64,000 bases of DNA from Amphiscolops sp. MND2022 (taxonomy: Eukaryota): NCBI GenBank assembly GCA_964187785.1, contig OZ076409.1, forward strand, positions 9,488,001 through 9,552,000, written 5' to 3'. Of the stretch, positions 47,047 to 61,081 are shown one piece after another. The position numbers and the translations under genes were made by a program. The notes below the pieces were generated by a model, which was not told the DNA's origin, did no database searches, and saw only the letters and a list, made by a program, of their open reading frames with translations. The stretch's first letter is position 1. Each line of letters begins with the position of its first letter.

Positions 47047-47638
47047 GTGAATATCGTCACAACTGCTTCTTTAGCATTCCTTCCTCCTCTCAGGCCACCC
47101 ATTCAAGAAGAATTCCAAAGTATCGTCTACAACTTTCAACGAAATTTTCCCATTCTTCAATATGACAACTATTCATTCTGGCGACATAGACTGCCCGATA
47201 GCTCCTCTTCTTTCAATTTCTTCAGCTCGATTGCAATCCTTGATCCTGAAAAAGCATTTAAAGACATTGAATGCGCCGCTTAGAACAGACAAAAAGGCAG
47301 ACCCACAACTTACAAGGATGATATTGCTTAATATGTTCCAAATATTCCAAATAACAAGAATAAATTTCGACCAATATCTCCATATTCATAAACATCCTGA
47401 CACTTATTCAACCCAACGAGACGCCACTACCCAAACAGAACATACTACCATCAAGCCCAAACGTTTAGTACGAAATCTATCCAATAGAATGCGTTCTGAA
47501 ATGGAAAAACAACGTCTAAATTCTTATTGGCCTTCAGACGATAACGATGATACTGACGAGGAACTTCAAAAAGACCCTCCAGAAGCACTTATAGATGATA
47601 ATTATCCGCACAAAACATTTACTTACGTTTCTTTCTAA
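47047..47638 (+). CDS. Possible further accessory exon/ORF(s) of element D
   Basis: Two overlapping ORFs beginning right after a TTTTTAG acceptor-like site at 47046; acidic C-terminus. Confidence 0.35.
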
Positions 47639-48704
47639 TATCAACAGACGCCATCAACAGCACCCGTCCACTCCCATATTCGAATCCCACATCTTCAACG
47701 ATTGATCGTCGCAGATCAGCACCCATCTTCAACTTCATCGCCGCCCAACAGTTGCCCATCTTCATTCATCTGCTGACCCTTCTTCATCCATCTTCCAATC
47801 TTCAATCGTCACCCATCCAATTCTCAGCCGAAGATGATCGATAATTAATAATAAAGAAAACTCAAAGAAAAAACATTGTGCATGATAACATATCGAAAAG
47901 TTTCAAACTCATCTAATATTTAAATGAATTCAAACTCTTACCGAAAATATTCACTATGTAGTTATTGTTTCAAATTTCTTACCCACCCACATTTATTTGC
48001 CCACAAATCCTTTTTTCACACCTGTACCGATATTTATTTGCTTTATTTTTAAAGAATAATTAGTAATAATTATTATTTTTCGGTGCTATCCTATCCAAAA
48101 AATTCACAAATATTATCAACAAATCTTTTCAAATTTCAACAAAACCAGCTCAAAATTAGATCAAGCACATTGTTCAAATCAAATTCGAATAATGACAAAC
48201 CCAAATTCTCGACGTTTTCAACATTTGTTACATAACAAACCCGCCAAAGTTAATCACAACCTGAAATCTTTTCAGACAAATTTCACGCTCGATGGAAAAA
48301 TTTTCTCTTCTCAACGATATTATTTCAATGACTCTTTGACCTTTAATTCGTATGATGTTTGCTCACGTTTGTTCAATGCGAAGTTCTTTCAAAAACTTCA
48401 ACAGAAGCATAAAATTGAGCATCTACTAGTTCAAAAAACAAGCCGACGAAAGCATAGTGAAAAAGAACACTTTGACGCTTTTTGAACTGTAGTCGCACCT
48501 ACGAGGTGTCAATCAAAATTTTGACAATTCGAGGTACACTAATGAGTCGAACTTACACCACTCTTAACGAGACTTATGCCAATCATCCATCTAATGAAAA
48601 ATGTTAACTAGCTGAAACGCTAAGAACATTTAAACAAAAATTTTTCTTCATTTCAATTAATGATGCTACTTTAAAATTTCATTTTATTTAAAAAACGGGT
48701 TGGA

Positions 48705-48973
48705 TGTACTGACCTACATTAATAACCAATAGTATTTAGATGTTTATAGAATGTTCTAGAATGTACATTTATTTGTTATTGAATGATTGTATATCTCTAC
48801 TCCCTCAGAGAGAGAAAACTAATAATCAGTATTCAGTTGACTTCCTTTTTGTTCTACTTCTAACACCTCGAACTAGTTGTAATAAAGTAAGCTAGCTAGC
48901 CTGTCTCTCAGCCGCTTTTAGTAGTTGTGAATAAGACCATCCAAAGAAGTAACCAACCATTAAAAGCAGCACA
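48705..48973 (+). repeat. 3' LTR of element D
   Basis: Direct repeat of 30901-31169. Confidence 0.96.
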
Positions 48974-51900
48974 CTGCTTTGCTATGACTAACAGTTTTAT
49001 CGCATGCAATACAGAAAGGAAAAGTAGATGGCCATTTGCATAAAAACATTCTTTGTTTTCTGAGATATTTGAATAACACTTTTTTGTTTTATAGTGAAGC
49101 ATTGGTATGGAATGAAATGTTTTTTTTTAGTCGGCGCTCTACCTCAAGTCTGATGCCAGAGTATAACAGTGGTATTTTTCAGATTTCAAAACAAAAAATC
49201 ATAAGATTTTAAAATTCGAAACTTTCGAAAAAAAAGTTCAAAAAAAGAACCTCCAGACCCTCAAATTCTGCGTCTCACGGGTGGCATCAAATTTCGTCAT
49301 CCTGGTTTGTTGAATTTGATTGCAAAAAAAACAAGACAAAAAGCAAAAGAATTAGAACAATGATCAATAAAATCCATTTTACTTAATAATTGGAAAAGTT
49401 TTTCGCCATTGTTGCCGGTCTAAAAGAACTCCGATAATAGTTTGCTTGGAGTATTGTACATTTTAGGAATAGTTGTCGGTGAATTTCATGTCACTCACTA
49501 TTCGCGGCAATCATGACAAGTCATCTTTCTAAAGTTTCAAGTGCCCATTTCTCCCTACCCATTTCAAGTAGCTTCACACATTTCTTCTGTCAATTTTTTT
49601 GGCAGTTGCATGGATGCTACGGATGCGTATTGTCTTTCTCGTGAGTTTTGTTATTCCGCGAACTTTCCAAGTTTCAGTGATCGATAATCGATAAATAAAA
49701 CAAAGGCGAGAATTTTTTAAGCAACCTTTCGAAACAAAACTTACTTGTCAACCTTCTAAGTGTCAAAATGGCTCGCTGAAAAAGTAGCAGGTGGACTTTC
49801 TTGGAATTTTGTTGCTCTTTTTATGCCGTTTTATAAGTTTAGAAAAGTTGACAACCTGGCTTTTTTGTTTAATTAGCCGCGATTTGCAGGCACCTATTTA
49901 AGTCGCGATTCTCTCGACGAAGCGAACCAAGAGTTAGGTGTTCCACAGGTTTTTTTATACTGAATGGTTAGCAGGCCGCATCGGGCAGTAATTGTTTCCA
50001 GTTAATCAACGTTCATTCAGTTTTCCCCTTTTTTGAGTTCAACTTGTCTCTTTCAGGGCCTCGGTTCTTGTTTGGCAAAAGAACGCCACACAACATTCAA
50101 TAATTTTCGAAAGCGAAAGAAACATCCTACTTTTCACTGAGTAGCGGAAATAATTAGTAAATAAGTCTTCAAATAAACAGGGTTTCTTTATATTTAAACA
50201 CAGTGCTTCCACGAATAAACAAAACAGTGCTTTCAAGTAAATACGGGTGAGGTGAGTAATATGGACAGTAACTACCCGAAAACTTAAAAACAAAATGCTT
50301 CCCAACAAATACGGGTACGTACTATCGGCACCGGGTAATCGAACACAAAACTTCAATTGAATGGGAATGATTTTCAACGTGTTTCTCAGCTCACTAATTA
50401 GAGAAATAGTTAAAATTGTATGTATAATTTTTTATGAGGGGCCTGGCTACTCAATGTCTTCTTTTTTCACTCAATTTTTTTCTGAACACATAACTGTTCT
50501 CTACAAAGTTTCTCTCTCTCTCTTGTTTCCGAGCAGGTTTCGTTTTCTTATTTTATTGCGTCCGGGGACATCGGTTTTCGTTAATCTGTTGATTTCCTAA
50601 TTTTTTGTTGTTGTTCGTCGTTCGGTTCTCAGGTATTTGAATCAGCAGGAAACTGCTCAGTGTTTTTGTAGATATATTTATTTTACTCGTATTCAACCTG
50701 CCTTGACGTTGGCGGTTGCAAGTGAGACAATAAAGAAAACAAGCCGCCCCTTTATTGCAGCTGACAACGCTGATTCGGCGCCTCACAGACTATTATTTCA
50801 ATAAAGCTGTCAGCTTCCCGCAATTGTTCAATAGCTCAACGCCATTGTAAATGCTCAAAACTGAGGCAGTTGATAAATTATTCCTCGATGAAAAATATAA
50901 TGCAATGAACAAAAGTGTTTCACTTGAAAGAGCATTCGCCGCACTGTCAGGGGTCTTACTTCGCTAATACTTCATCTGCAGCTGTCGGAGCGTAATGCGC
51001 TTTGCATAGTTAATCAGGTTTTGCGTAAAGCTGCTTGGAGAATTCAGCTGTCGCGCTGATAAAAGCATCGATAAAAGGCGCACCGAGGCGTTTCGAACGA
51101 TATACAACACCACTGTTTGCATCGGCCGTATGGGTCATTTCCAAATTAGGGTTTGGGTTTTTTTCTCGAACTTCGAATATCTCTCAATTAGAAACTCGCA
51201 GTGTCTCAATTTGAACCTAGCAGAATATTTTCAATGCCCCAATAACTTATAGGATGCTAAATATTAGCTTCATGATGCCCTATTGTTGAATTAGGCGTGT
51301 TTGAATTTTTTGGGTTCTAGGTTTCAGTGTTTCCGGATTGTCAATAGTTTGAGCGTACCTCTGGTCAAACGACAAAAACACTATTTGGGAATGATGCATA
51401 CTCAGTTTAGAGTTGTTCACATCTCGTTCAAGCGATATTGACGGGCCCTGGAAATTGGTTTAGGGGTTCTTTCTAGAACTTCCCTTTGTTGTCAATTTAC
51501 CAACTTCCAGGTTCGAAAACGAGGGTCGGGGTGATTTTAGCAACCTAAAGTTTTGCATATAGGTAGTCGATTATCGCTAGTTTATGTATGCCAAATTTCG
51601 TTCAAGTCTGGCGATATGTAGGACCGGAAGTCTAGCGAACAAAAACGTGGTCATCATGAAATTTCTAAAATTGCCCCTGGTCGACCTACCCCAGTTCCGG
51701 TGTCGTTTCTCAAAATGGGTTGAGTGAACGAGTATCAAATTTTGCGAGTAGGTAGTCAATGATCATTGGTATAATTGTGCAAAGTTTCATCCAAATCGGA
51801 CAACTTTTCGGGTAAAAGGGCTGGCGGGGAAAAAGTGGTCGGGTGGCAGAAAACCGTTCTTGCGGGTTTAAAAGAACTAGCGTTCGGGTAATCGTAACAA

Positions 51901-53699
51901 ACTGAAATTTTGCGTGGTAGCACGACCTCTAGTGGATCGATACCAAGTTTCATCTAAATCGGATCATTTTTAAAGTAAAAGGGCAAGCGAGGAAAAAATA
52001 CTTGAATCTAATACTCTATTTTCCTTTTGCTGTGACGTCACACGTTGCTGCGGTTAACGAAGCTAGTTCTCACTCATTCATGACGTAATAATCCCCCCGC
52101 AGCGCTGTAGCGGTCTTTCCTGAGCGAACTCCAGCATAGTGCGCAAATCTCATGCGTGCGCAGTCTTTTTTATTCCATTCCTTAGTGAATATGCTTTGAT
52201 TGTATTCAAATTGTTCATTTTTCATGCTCGGTATTGGTCACGTGCTGTATGCAAGTACTCTGCTACGCTTTGTGCTTTAATAAAATAATGCCGCTGCCGC
52301 GACGCGACGCGCGCGGAGAATAGGAATACAATGCGTCCCAATTTTTATGCCTGTAGAACTTTTCTACAATAAGAAGTAATGTTCATTATTAAGAAATAAT
52401 TTTGAAAAAACTCATTGTGTGTGCCAAAAAGTATCGAGAAAATTCTGTGAGACTGCACGCTACAAATTCGTTGAAAGAAACGTTCACAAAACTTTCGGCT
52501 AATTAGGTTTTTTCCAGAAACAACACAACCGTTTATAGAAAAGCGGCAGAATAATCTGTATTCCTGTTTTTTGGCAAGTTTTCATCATTCTAAACATTAA
52601 ATTAGGTGAGTTATTGGCTAGCTAATAACCTTTTCGAAATTTTCAAAATGTTGCAGCTATATAGTGCAACTTTCCCGAAAAAAAAACCTTTTCCGAAATT
52701 GTTGAAATTTTTCCGACTTTGGCACCATCATATGCGATTTTTGTTGTTGTTGTTGTTGTTGTTGTTGTTAAGAATTTTCAGCAAAATGAATCTAATGCTC
52801 TATTTTCTTTTTGCTGTGACGTCACACGTTGCTGCGGTTAACGAAGCTAGTTCTCACTCATTCATGACGTAATAATCCCCCCGCAGCGCTGTAGCGGTCT
52901 TTCCTGAGCGAACTCCAGCATAGTGCGCAAATCTCATGCGTGCGCAGTCTTTTTTATTCCATTCCTTAGTGAATATGCTTTGATTGTATTCAAATTGTTC
53001 ATTTTTCATGCTCGGTATTGGTCACGTGCTGTATGCAAGTACTCTGCTACGCTTTGTGCTTTAATAAAATAATGCCGCTGCCGCGACGCGACGCGCGCGG
53101 AGAATAGGAATACAATGCGTCCCAATTTTTATGCCTGTAGAACTTTTCTACAATAAGAAGTAATGTTCATTATTAAGAAATAATTTTGAAAAAACTCATT
53201 GTGTGTGCCAAAAAGTATCGAGAAAATTCTGTGAGACTGCACGCTACAAATTCGTTGAAAGAAACGTTCACAAAACTTTCGGCTAATTAGGTTTTTTCCA
53301 GAAACAACACAACCGTTTATAGAAAAGCGGCAGAATAATCTGTATTCCTGTTTTTTGGCAAGTTTTCATCATTCTAAACATTAAATTAGGTGAGTTATTG
53401 GCTAGCTAATAACCTTTTCGAAATTTTCAAAATGTTGCAGCTATATAGTGCAACTTTCCCGAAAAAAAAACCTTTTCCGAAAATGTTGAAATTTTTCCGA
53501 CTTTGGCACCATCATATGCGATTTTTGTTGTTATTGTTGTTGTTGTTGTTAAGAATTTTCAGCAAAACTGCTGATGGGAATTCAACTAACTTCTGCAATT
53601 GGCACATGCACAGAATATTTTCCAGGTGAATAACTTATGCTCATTCTACGTTGCTTCAAAACATTTCCACATAAATGATAATATTCGTCCATTCAGACC

Positions 53700-54180
53700 A
53701 ATGGGTTCAAAAAAGTTGACTTCTCTTGAAAATGAATTTGCAGTCCTTGCAGTTCTGATATAGAAGTTCTCTCGGAGTTTTTCCGTTCATACTTTTGGGA
53801 TGGTGAATAATGAACTTCTAGTCCGCGATAAATTCGGCTGGTGTGTTTTAAGTAATGGTGAATGCTGTGGTCTGTCTTTTGAGTGATGTTTTCATAGTGA
53901 TAATAAGTCGTTTAAATGAAAGAAGGCAGGAGAAGATTGAAGAAGACTCAATTGAATTGTTTCATTAGATCTAGGTATGATGAGTAGCATTTGAGTACTT
54001 TCTTTTGGAATTTCTTGCTTCGTGTTAGGAACCAAGTTCTCAAAGCAAAGGAAACTATCGGCCGAATCATCGGCGATTTATAGATGCTGACTTTGCATTT
54101 TTCATCCTTATTTCTGGATACTTTCCTCTTCATAAAGTAAAATGTCTTGTTTCCTTGCCTCAGTCGATTTTGAAAAAGTT
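53700..54180 (-). pseudogene. Decayed non-LTR (LINE) ORF2 C-terminal fragment; second copy at about 56640-57125
   Basis: SIYKSPMIRPIVSFALRTW resembles the post-RT lYks.vRP.leya..vW motif of CR1/Jockey-type LINEs. Confidence 0.45.
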
Positions 54181-54282
54181 CTGATGGTTTCAGCGCGTTG
54201 TCTCGTTGGACCCCTGAAGCTTTGTGTCACAGTCCGCGTCCGGGCTGGGTTAAACTAAAACAAACTAAAATTAAATCTCTAG

Positions 54283-54508
54283 AATTCATTCCAAATTGCT
54301 CGTCAAAACTACGTCACTAGCGTGGCAGCTAGCTAAAATTTCATTTCAAATAAACGCCAGCATGACGTCACAGCTGTGGCAGCTAGTTAGAAATCATTCC
54401 AAATTCACGTCGCGACTACGTCACTGCATTGACAGCTAGCTAGAATTTCATTTCAAATAAACGCCAGCATGACGTCACAGCTATGGCAGCTAGTTAGAAA
54501 TCATTCCT
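54283..54508 (+). repeat. Roughly 55-60 bp minisatellite (ACGTCAC...GCAGCTAG core), about 4 units; repeated at about 57225-57450
   Basis: Alternating units TCATTCCAAATT..CTACGTCAC and TCATTTCAAATAAACGCCAGCATGACGTCAC. Confidence 0.75.
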
Positions 54509-57500
54509 AAATCCCTAAATTCCCATCAGACTAAGATTGAATTCGAACGGAATACGGTGTTTAAGCCAAGATGTTTCAGACTAACCTAAAATAACATTGT
54601 TTTAACACTATTTAAAATGGAGAGTCATAGTTTATCTTCAATTTGTGTTAATAAAGAGCAGTCTAAGCAGGCTTTTTAAATGTATGTTTTGATTACCTAA
54701 TTTAATAATTTCATTGGATATTTGACGAAGTCGTGTCGCCTTTTATTGTTGCTCAAAGGTGTTGCTCTTAACTTTAATCAGATAAACAACTGTTAATTGT
54801 TGAAACATTTAATAGTTTAGCCTCATGTAAATCAGTCACTCTCTTAGCATCACCAAATTGCCTAAATCAAGATAATTAGTCATAATTTTCTTCAAGTAAC
54901 AATTCAAAATCAGGTATTAGTTACTCTCAATTAGAAACTCGCAGTGTCTCAATTTGAACCTAGCAGAATATTTTCAATGCCCCAATAACTAATAGGATGC
55001 TAAATATTAGCTTCATGATGCCCTATTGTTGAATTAGGCGTGTTTGAATTTTTTGGGTTCTAGGTTTCAGTGTTTCCGGATTGTCAATAGTTTGAGCGTA
55101 CTTATGGTCAAACGACAAAAACACTATTTGGGAATGATGCATACTCAGTTTAGAGTTGTTCACATCTCGTTCAAGCGATATTGACGGGCCCTGGAAATTG
55201 GTTTAGGGGTTCTTTCTAGAACTTCCCTTTGTTGTCAATTTACCAACTTCCAGGTTCGAAAACGAGGGTCGGGGTGATTTTAGCAACCTAAAGTTTTGCA
55301 TATAGGTAGTCGATTATCGCTAGTTTATGTATGCCAAATTTCGTTCAAGTCTGGCGATATGTAGGGCCGAAGTCTAGCGAACAAAAACGTGGTCATCATG
55401 AAATTTCTAAAATTGCCCCTGGTCGACCTACCCCAGTTCCGGTGTCGTTTCTCAAATTTGGTTGAGTGAACGAATATCAAATTTTGCGAGTAGGTAGTCA
55501 ATGATCATTGGTATAATTGTGCAAAGTTTCATCCAAATCGGACAACATGTCGGGTAAAAGGGCTGGCGGGGAAAAAGTGGTCGGGTGGCAGAAAACCGTT
55601 CTTGCGGGTTTAAAAGAACTAGCGTTCGGGTAATCGTAACAAACTGAAATTTTGCGTGGTAGCACGACCTCTAGTGGATCGATACCAAGTTTCATCTAAA
55701 TCGGATCATTTTTAAAGTAAAAGGGCAAGCGAGGAAAAAATACTTGAATCTAATACTCTATTTTCCTTTTGCTGTGACGTCACACGTTGCTGCGGTTAAC
55801 GAAGCTAGTTCTCACTCATTCATGACGTAATAATCCCCCCGCAGCGCTGTAGCGGTCTTTCCTGAGCGAACTCCAGCATAGTGCGCAAATCTCATGCGTG
55901 CGCAGTCTTTTTTATTCCATTCCTTAGTGAATATGCTTTGATTGTATTCAAATTGTTCATTTTTCATGCTCGGTATTGGTCACGTGCTGTATGCAAGTAC
56001 TCTGCTACGCTTTGTGCTTTAATAAAATAATGCCGCTGCCGCGACGCGACGCGCGCGGAGAATAGGAATACAATGCGTCCCAATTTTTATGCCTGTAGAA
56101 CTTTTCTACAATAAGAAGTAATGTTCATTGTTAAGAAATAATTTTGAAAAAACTCATTGTGTGTGTCAAAAAGTATCGAGAAAATTCTGTGAGACTGCAC
56201 GCTACAAATTCGTTGAAAAAAACGTTCACAAAACTTTCGGCTAATTAGGTTTTTTCCAGAAACAACACAACCGTTTATAGAAAAGCGGCAGATTAATCTG
56301 TATTCCTGTTTTTTGGCAAGTTTTCATCATTCTAAACATTAAATTAGGTGAGTTATTGGCTAGCTAATAACCTTTTCGAAATTTTCAAAATGTTGCAGCT
56401 ATAAAGTGCAACTTTCCCGAAAAAAACCTTTTCCGAAATTGTTGAAATTTTTCCGACTTTGGCACCATATGAGATTTTTGTTGTTGTTGTTGTTAAGAAG
56501 TTTCAGCAAAACTGCTGATGGGAATTCAACTAACTTCTGCAATTGGCACATGCACAGAATATTTTCCAGGTGAATAACTTATGCTCATTCTACGTTGCTT
56601 CAAAACATTTCCACATAAATGATAATATTCGTCCATTCAGACCAATGGGTTCAAAAAAGTTGACTTCTCTTGAAAATGAATTTGCAGTCCTTGCAGTTCT
56701 GATATAGAAGTTCTCTCGGAGTTTTTCCGTTCATACTTTTGGGATGGCGAATAATGAACTTCTAGTCCGCGATAAATTCGGCTGGTGTGTTTTAAGTAAT
56801 GGTGAATGCTGTGGTCTGTCTTTTGAGTGATGTTTTCATAGTGATAATAAGTCGTTTAAATGAAAGAAGGCAGGAGAAGATTGAAGAAGACTCAATTGAA
56901 TTGTTTCATTAGATCTAGGTATGATGAGTAGCATTTGAGTACTTTCTTTTGGAATTTCTTGCTTCGTGTTAGGAACCAAGTTCTCAAAGCAAAGGAAACT
57001 ATCGGCCGAATCATCGGCGATTTATAGATGCTGACTTTGCATTTTTCATCCTTATTTCTGGATACTTTCCTCTTCATAAAGTAAAATGTCTTGTTTCCTT
57101 GCCTCAGTCGATTTTGAAAAAGTTCTGATGGTTTCAGCGCGTTGTCTCGTTGGACCCCTGAAGCTTTGTGTCACAGTCCGCGTCCGGACTGGGTTAAACT
57201 AAAACAAACTAAAATTAAATCTCTAGAATTCATTCCAAATTGCTCGTCAAAACTACGTCACTAGCGTGGCAGCTAGCTAAAATTTCATTTCAAATAAACG
57301 CCAGCATGACGTCACAGCTGTGGCAGCTAGTTAGAAATCATTCCAAATTCACGTCGCGACTACGTCACTGCATTGACAGCTAGCTAGAATTTCATTTCAA
57401 ATAAACGCCAGCATGACGTCACAGCTATGGCAGCTAGTTAGAAATCATTCCTAAATCCCTAAATTCCCATCAGACTAAGATTGAATTCGAACGGAATACG

Positions 57501-58389
57501 GTGTTTAAGCCAAGATGTTTCAGACTAACCTAAAATAACATTGTTTTAACACTATTTAAAATGGAGAGTCATAGTTTATCTTCAATTTGTGTTAATAAAG
57601 AGCAGTCTAAGCAGGCTTTTTAAATGTATGTTTTGATTACCTAATTTAATAATTTCATTGGATATTTGACGATGTCGTGTCGCCTTTTATTGTTGCTCAA
57701 AGGTGTTGCTCTTAACTTTAATCAGATAAACAACTGTTAATTGTTGAAACATTTAATAGTTTAGCCTCATGTAAATCAGTCACTCTCTTAGCATCACCAA
57801 ATTGCCTAAATCAAGATAATTAGTCATAACTTTCTTCAAGTAACAATTCAAAATCAGGTATTAGTTGTTCACGTCAGCGTCATCTCCGCGTCGGTTTTTT
57901 ACGAACCAAAGCAGTAAAACGGGGAAATATTTCCGGTTTGACAGACTGAAGTAATATCTACTTCCTGCTTGGGAGGAAACAAAAGGACGCCGGAATGAAA
58001 TGATATGATCATGGTTGATGACAAACACTAGATTAGAATTGCCGTGGTTAAAAATTGGCGAATGCTAACGCAGATCAAAATTTTGCCGCAAAATACAGGA
58101 AATGACTAATATCTCGATGGAAATTAAAGTACGCGAGTATGAACAGATGATGCTAGGTGGGTATATATAGATTGTATATGTAAAATTATTCATTCAATTT
58201 GTTATTCAACCTGCGTTTCAGTTTTGTTCTTATTTTCGTTTGAATATCTACCTTTGTTAAACGCAAAACTCAAAACCTAAATTTTAAAAACATTGTTCAA
58301 AACAATCATATCTTCATCAAGATATCAACTAGAGGTCGGAAAACGGTCCAGCTGGAGATTAGCAGAAAACATCCATAATAGCCAAAGTA

Positions 58390-58820
58390 GTGATTGACCA
58401 AAGTTCGTAACACTTTGAATAAATCCGTGGGAAACATAGTTTCATCATCCAATTTAAATTGAATCTGATTGCCTTTAAATGTTATGTAGGTGAATTTTAG
58501 CGCTGATAGCTTCATTTCATTCCCATACACCCAACGTACAATTTCATCAATGTCATGCTGAATCTTGTGAATATCGTTGTTGATGAAAGGGAAAATTGCA
58601 TCGTCAGCATGGAGATACGGTTCACTAAATCGAAAGACGTTAGGCATGTCATTGATAAAAAATGCAAAATAAAAGGGGTCCGAATATGGATTCCTGAGGG
58701 ACCCCACTTGTTACGCATTTTGTTGACGATGAGATGTTCGAGGAAGCAACCACTGATTCCCATGTTTCTAATTTGTTTCAGAAGTTCGCAATGTTCCGAA
58801 AAGATAATTCTGTTTCTCAA
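58390..58820 (-). pseudogene. Non-LTR retrotransposon (CR1/Jockey-like) reverse transcriptase fragment
   Basis: Frameshifted GVPQ-S-GP region followed by FINDMP...YLHADD...IQHDIDEIVRW..NEMKLS. Confidence 0.85.
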
Positions 58821-61081
58821 ATGAAAAATGTCTCAAATTGACACCGAAAATGACCAAAAACGCAAAATTGTCTCATTTTCAAAGTTTTTAATGCAGTTTT
58901 TTCCAAGTTTTCGACAAACTCCGGAAATTGGATAAGGTCTACAAGGAATGGATTTGTTGTCCAGTATGCTTAGTGGAGAGATAACTGCAGTTTTTTAGAT
59001 AAAAAGTTTCTGGAATTGACATCAAAAAAGACAAAAAATTCAGTAAGGTAAAAGTTTCAAATTGCTCCAGATGATAAAACTATATCCACAACACATTTTT
59101 AAAAGAAAGTTTACAAATTTTATTGCAGCGAGTTTCCTCAGAATGATCCTAACAATGCAAAGTTAGAATATTCAAGATTTTCTTACATTTTTAGGCAGTT
59201 TTCGTACAATTTTGGAGCTACTTCCTTGCATAAAAAGGTTTTAGCGAATCAACAATGACTAATCCTGGTATCAAGTAGGCAATTTTGATGATATTATTTC
59301 ATCTTTTTGTTGGAATTAACCTCAAAGCACCCAAAATCCATTGAACAACAAAAAGGCACGTTTTTGAAAAAGTATTCCCAATTTTTGTTCAAATCACAAA
59401 ATATTTCGAAGAATAGAAGTTCCATTTACCCGAGCGCTTTGAAATAATAGGGTACTTGAAACGCAATTTGGGAAAAAAGTAGGACAAAGATCGTCGAGTT
59501 TACAACAAAGGTGACAAAAGTTGCGGTTTTCCTCGATTTTCGACAACATCTTGGACCTTTTCCGAACTTTTACTTCAATCAGAAAACCCATAGGCTCAGG
59601 GTAGAAACGAGTAGCTACCGATAGTGTTTCGAAAAGATATCAGACAAGCTTGCTCGCACAATTTTCAAAAACTTCATTTGAAAAAGTGAATTTTGACCTT
59701 GTTTGTCAAATGAAAACTTTTGGAGCTATTAGCGCGGGTTAGAATGGTCTAAGCATTCAACAACAACTAAACTCGGTGTCCAGTAGGCTTTTGAAGATAC
59801 ATCTGTGAATTCATGTTAGAAAAGTTCCTCAGGTTGTTCCCAAAGTTGTTGAAAATATTTTTATTTTGACACTTCTGGTGGAACTATGTGCAATAATATA
59901 ACAAACTGGGACCGCTCAAGTTTCTTAAACTTGCAAATGACCAAGTTTCAAGCTGATACCAAAATCTCAGTGCCAAAAATTGCGCCAAAAATACGGCTGA
60001 AACTACTTTTCCCCCAACAGGAGTCGCAAAAAGCCAATTTTTTGATTTTTTTCGGTAAAGTCCTATGATGGCGAAACAAATTTCAGCTCACAAACTACTT
60101 TTCTCATTCCGAAATCAGCTATGAAATCAAGGGGGTACCCTTCGACCAAATGAAAATTTCGGAATGACGCACAGAGCCGCAAAAAATTGAATTGAGGTAT
60201 TTTCCACAATCAAGAAGAAACCTCATCAGTTCCACATGATCAAAAGTAACGAAGAGGTCACCCTCAAAACTCGGAAAACTTATTTCGTATACAGAAAACC
60301 TCAAAAATTACGGATTGCCAAAAATTGTTTTCGAAAAAATCGAAACTTTTCTTTTTTTTGGGTCAGTCGCATAGTGCCGAAAAAAACAAAAACTGGCCAG
60401 CTGTCGCAGAAATAATAAAAGAGGCGTTTCCTTTAAAAATGGGCTAATCAAAGCTTTCTTTTCTTCGAACTTCTTTGCGTTTTTATAGTGCAGTGGCTAT
60501 TCTTGAGCCTTAAATTTTTGTAGTTGTAGAGCAGTTTGTTGCAGTTTTGTTTGGTGCCAAGTGGCAATGTTTTGCTTCCTTTTCAGGGGACACAGAAGAG
60601 ACTGCAGAGTTTTGCTGTTGTTTTCTTTTGCTTGAAACACAACCCAGGAATAGCAATAACACTGTTTTTGATGATCCTGTGACACTTCCTGTGTGCAGAT
60701 TTGATAGTGCGATGAACTACAATGAACTAGCATCGAGTATTAACATCGAGGGGGACCGCCACGGTTGTCACAATACAAACTTTAGACGTTCTTTGAGACG
60801 TTCGTCCACTTTCTGCCTCTCTCTAAAATCCCAAAAGGGCTACCCAACAGAACCTGCGATAAGAGGCTGCTATAACATCCCTTTCATATCTGTGTAATAT
60901 GGTGACGTCACGTCACGCCGTAATCGTATTTGCTTGGGAGTGAAACAAGTTCACCGAGTGTAACAAGAAGATTTCAAATATATACTGCGAGGCACAGCAA
61001 GATATGATTCAAACCACAAACCAATAAATTTCCATTTTTCCATTTTTTGAAAAACGTTATTTGTCGGTCGATTCACAGGAA

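Larger units (their letters stand above)
30901..48973 (+). mobile_element. Full-length 18.1-kb env-bearing Ty3/Gypsy (errantivirus-like) element D
   Basis: 269-bp LTRs 30901-31169 and 48705-48973 (TGT...ACA, 2 mismatches seen). 4-bp TSD CTGC at 30897-30900 and 48974-48977. PBS-like TGGTGCGAC at 31173; purine-rich AAAAAACGGGTTGGA before the 3' LTR. Confidence 0.97.
51181..57866 (+). repeat. Nested tandem duplication: a roughly 2.95-kb unit twice (51181-54922, 54924-57866), with an extra 784-bp internal copy in the first unit
   Basis: Both units start CTCTCAATTAGAAACTCGCAG and end CAGGTATTAGTT. The sub-block starting TGAATCTAAT occurs at 52003, 52787 and about 55745. Confidence 0.92.

Noticed and set aside
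52606..53629. Poly-Leu membrane-like ORFs (52606-52872, 53390-53629)
   Set aside because: The Leu run is a (TTG)n microsatellite whose length differs between copies, and the third copy carries indels.
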